Source: Mobula hypostoma (Eukaryota). Taken from it: DNA of 64,000 nucleotides. A program made the translations under genes and the position numbers. Shown piece by piece: positions 62,217-64,000 of this stretch (the first letter of the stretch is position 1; each line of letters starts with the position of its first letter). The notes under the pieces were generated by a model that saw only the letters and a list, made by a program, of their open reading frames with translations, was not told the origin of the DNA and did not search any database. The stretch is from NCBI RefSeq assembly GCF_963921235.1, contig NC_086097.1:179430001-179494000 (forward strand), written 5' to 3'.

Positions 62217-64000
62217 TATCTATATCAACTCTGCGAAATTCCTTTCCGAATTTTAAAGATGGCTTACTCTTTCCAGAACAAATAAATTAACTGCAGTATA
62301 TTCAGTATTTTCTGCTACTTTCTCAGTTTTGGAATCACCCTTAGAAGCTGCTTTTACATTTTCTTCATTTTTTATATTCTCAAAAGGAAGTGTGTAATCT
62401 GGGTGTTTGTGTTACCAGGTTATCAGAGAGACCTGGGTCTATATTGCATGACTTTATGTAAGATTGTGACGGAAATTAGTAAAACATAGTATCCTGTATA
62501 TTAGTGGCCAAATACTGTTAACACCCATCTTGCTGTGCCTTTCTATAAGTTTGCCCCCTCATTCCCCCTACATTTCAAGGAATAAAAAGACATAGCCTGG
62601 TAAAGCTCTCCCTATAATTCAAGCCCCCCCCCCGCCCGCCCCCAGTACTGACAACATCCTCAAATCTTTTCTGTACTCTTTCCAGTTTAACATGTTTCCT
62701 AAAACTATGTGATCAAAACTATACACACTACTCACAACTGCATCAGCTCCTACTCTTGGTGCCCTGACTGCTGAAAAGGATATAGCACAGAAATGGCTAT
62801 GTCAATTCCATCTTTTGTCCATCTCCACAGATCCCATTTGTCAGTGTTAGGAACATATTCGCCTCTGCCTTTCCCATTCAAGTGTCTGTCCAAGTACCTC
62901 TGAAATGTAGAATTTGTATCTGATTACACTGCTGTCACTGTGTTCCAAACATCAACCACTCTGAGTAAAAAAAAACTTTCAACCCCTTAAAAATCTTTCC
63001 TTTCACCTAAAACCCATGCCCACTTGCTTTTGGTGTCCTTACCATGAGAAAAAGATGAAAATGCTTTCTCAGTAGATTTGGGTTGTTCTGGATGGTGCGA
63101 GATCAATTCAGGACACCTGCGTATCTCATTCACAGCCGCTGAGGCAAATTCACAGTGTTTGATGGGAATTCCTATGCATAATAGCAGAAAATCAGTCAGA
63201 TAAAAACTTGCCTACCACATCAGCACCTGTTACCTGATACTCAGGAAAAGTTGGCTGAAGATGAAAGCAGTGACTGGATAAACTGTGGGCATTTTACCAA
63301 AAAGCACCTTTCAGAATCACACAACCAAAATGAATTCTAGTGGACGTGGGCACCAGCCAAAGCATGTTTCTCAGCATAGTCACTGGGGTGGAAGTGAACC
63401 CTTTTAAAATAATAGCTTTAAAAAAGTTGTTGTAGTTAAATGTTCCTATACAATAGGCTTTCTCTTCAGGATGTTTAGACTTTCTATTCACATGCTGTGA
63501 TATATGACCCCACACCGATAGCAGATGTGTTAAGAATCATGTAGCTACACAGCATACAGGCCCTTTGGTCCATACTGACCATGTGCCTACCTAGCTGGTC
63601 TCAATTTCCTGTGTTCAGCACATCTCCCTTTCAGACCCGCCCTTCCATGTGCTTCTCAAATGATGCACTACTTATGCATCAAAACCACTTACTTCACCAG
63701 TTCATTCCATGTACTCACTGCCCTCTGCATTAAAAAAAGTTGCTCTTCATGGCCCTTATAAATCTTTCCACACAATCTCTAAACCTTTGCCTCCAAGGTT
63801 TTAGACTACCCTATGCCGGGAAAAAGACTGTTGCCATCCACTATGCCTCCTGGTTTTAAACACTTCTGTAAGATCACTCCTTGTTCTCCTATGTTCCAAA
63901 AAATAAAGATCCAATTTGGCCAACCTCTCCTTATAGCTCAGGCCTCTAGGCCTGGCAACGACCTTCTAAATCTTTCCAGTTTAATCCCATCTTTCCTGTA

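Noticed and set aside
57193..64000. Terminal OSBPL1A exon (WF..G.NP...DIY)
   Set aside because: No matching sequence was found by eye; it presumably lies beyond the window.

Overview
Vertebrate nuclear DNA, most likely a cartilaginous fish (shark or ray); this is inferred from the repeat content, not proven. The whole window lies inside one + strand gene, an OSBPL1A (ORP1) oxysterol-binding-protein gene. Eleven GT-AG coding exons (7770-57192) splice in frame to give most of the ORD lipid-binding domain, including the EQVSHHPP fingerprint. The upstream exons and the terminal exon were not found in the window. The introns are dense with transposons: CR1 and Rex/Babar-type LINEs (one young CR1 with an intact RT frame), tRNA-derived and V-type SINEs, Penelope-like elements, a Tc1 element, a pogo/Tigger derivative, a hAT MITE, solo LTRs and two minisatellites. 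The most notable observations are: (1) many Penelope-derived units carrying minimal type I hammerhead ribozyme motifs, several as short foldback insertions with 12-15 bp target-site duplications; (2) a candidate frame-preserving 24-nt microexon at 60219-60242; (3) an internal in-frame Met matching the start of the short ORP1S isoform, with candidate alternative first exons upstream. Exon, TIR and TSD coordinates were counted by hand. Old repeat boundaries are approximate, and family names come from motif recognition rather than database searches.
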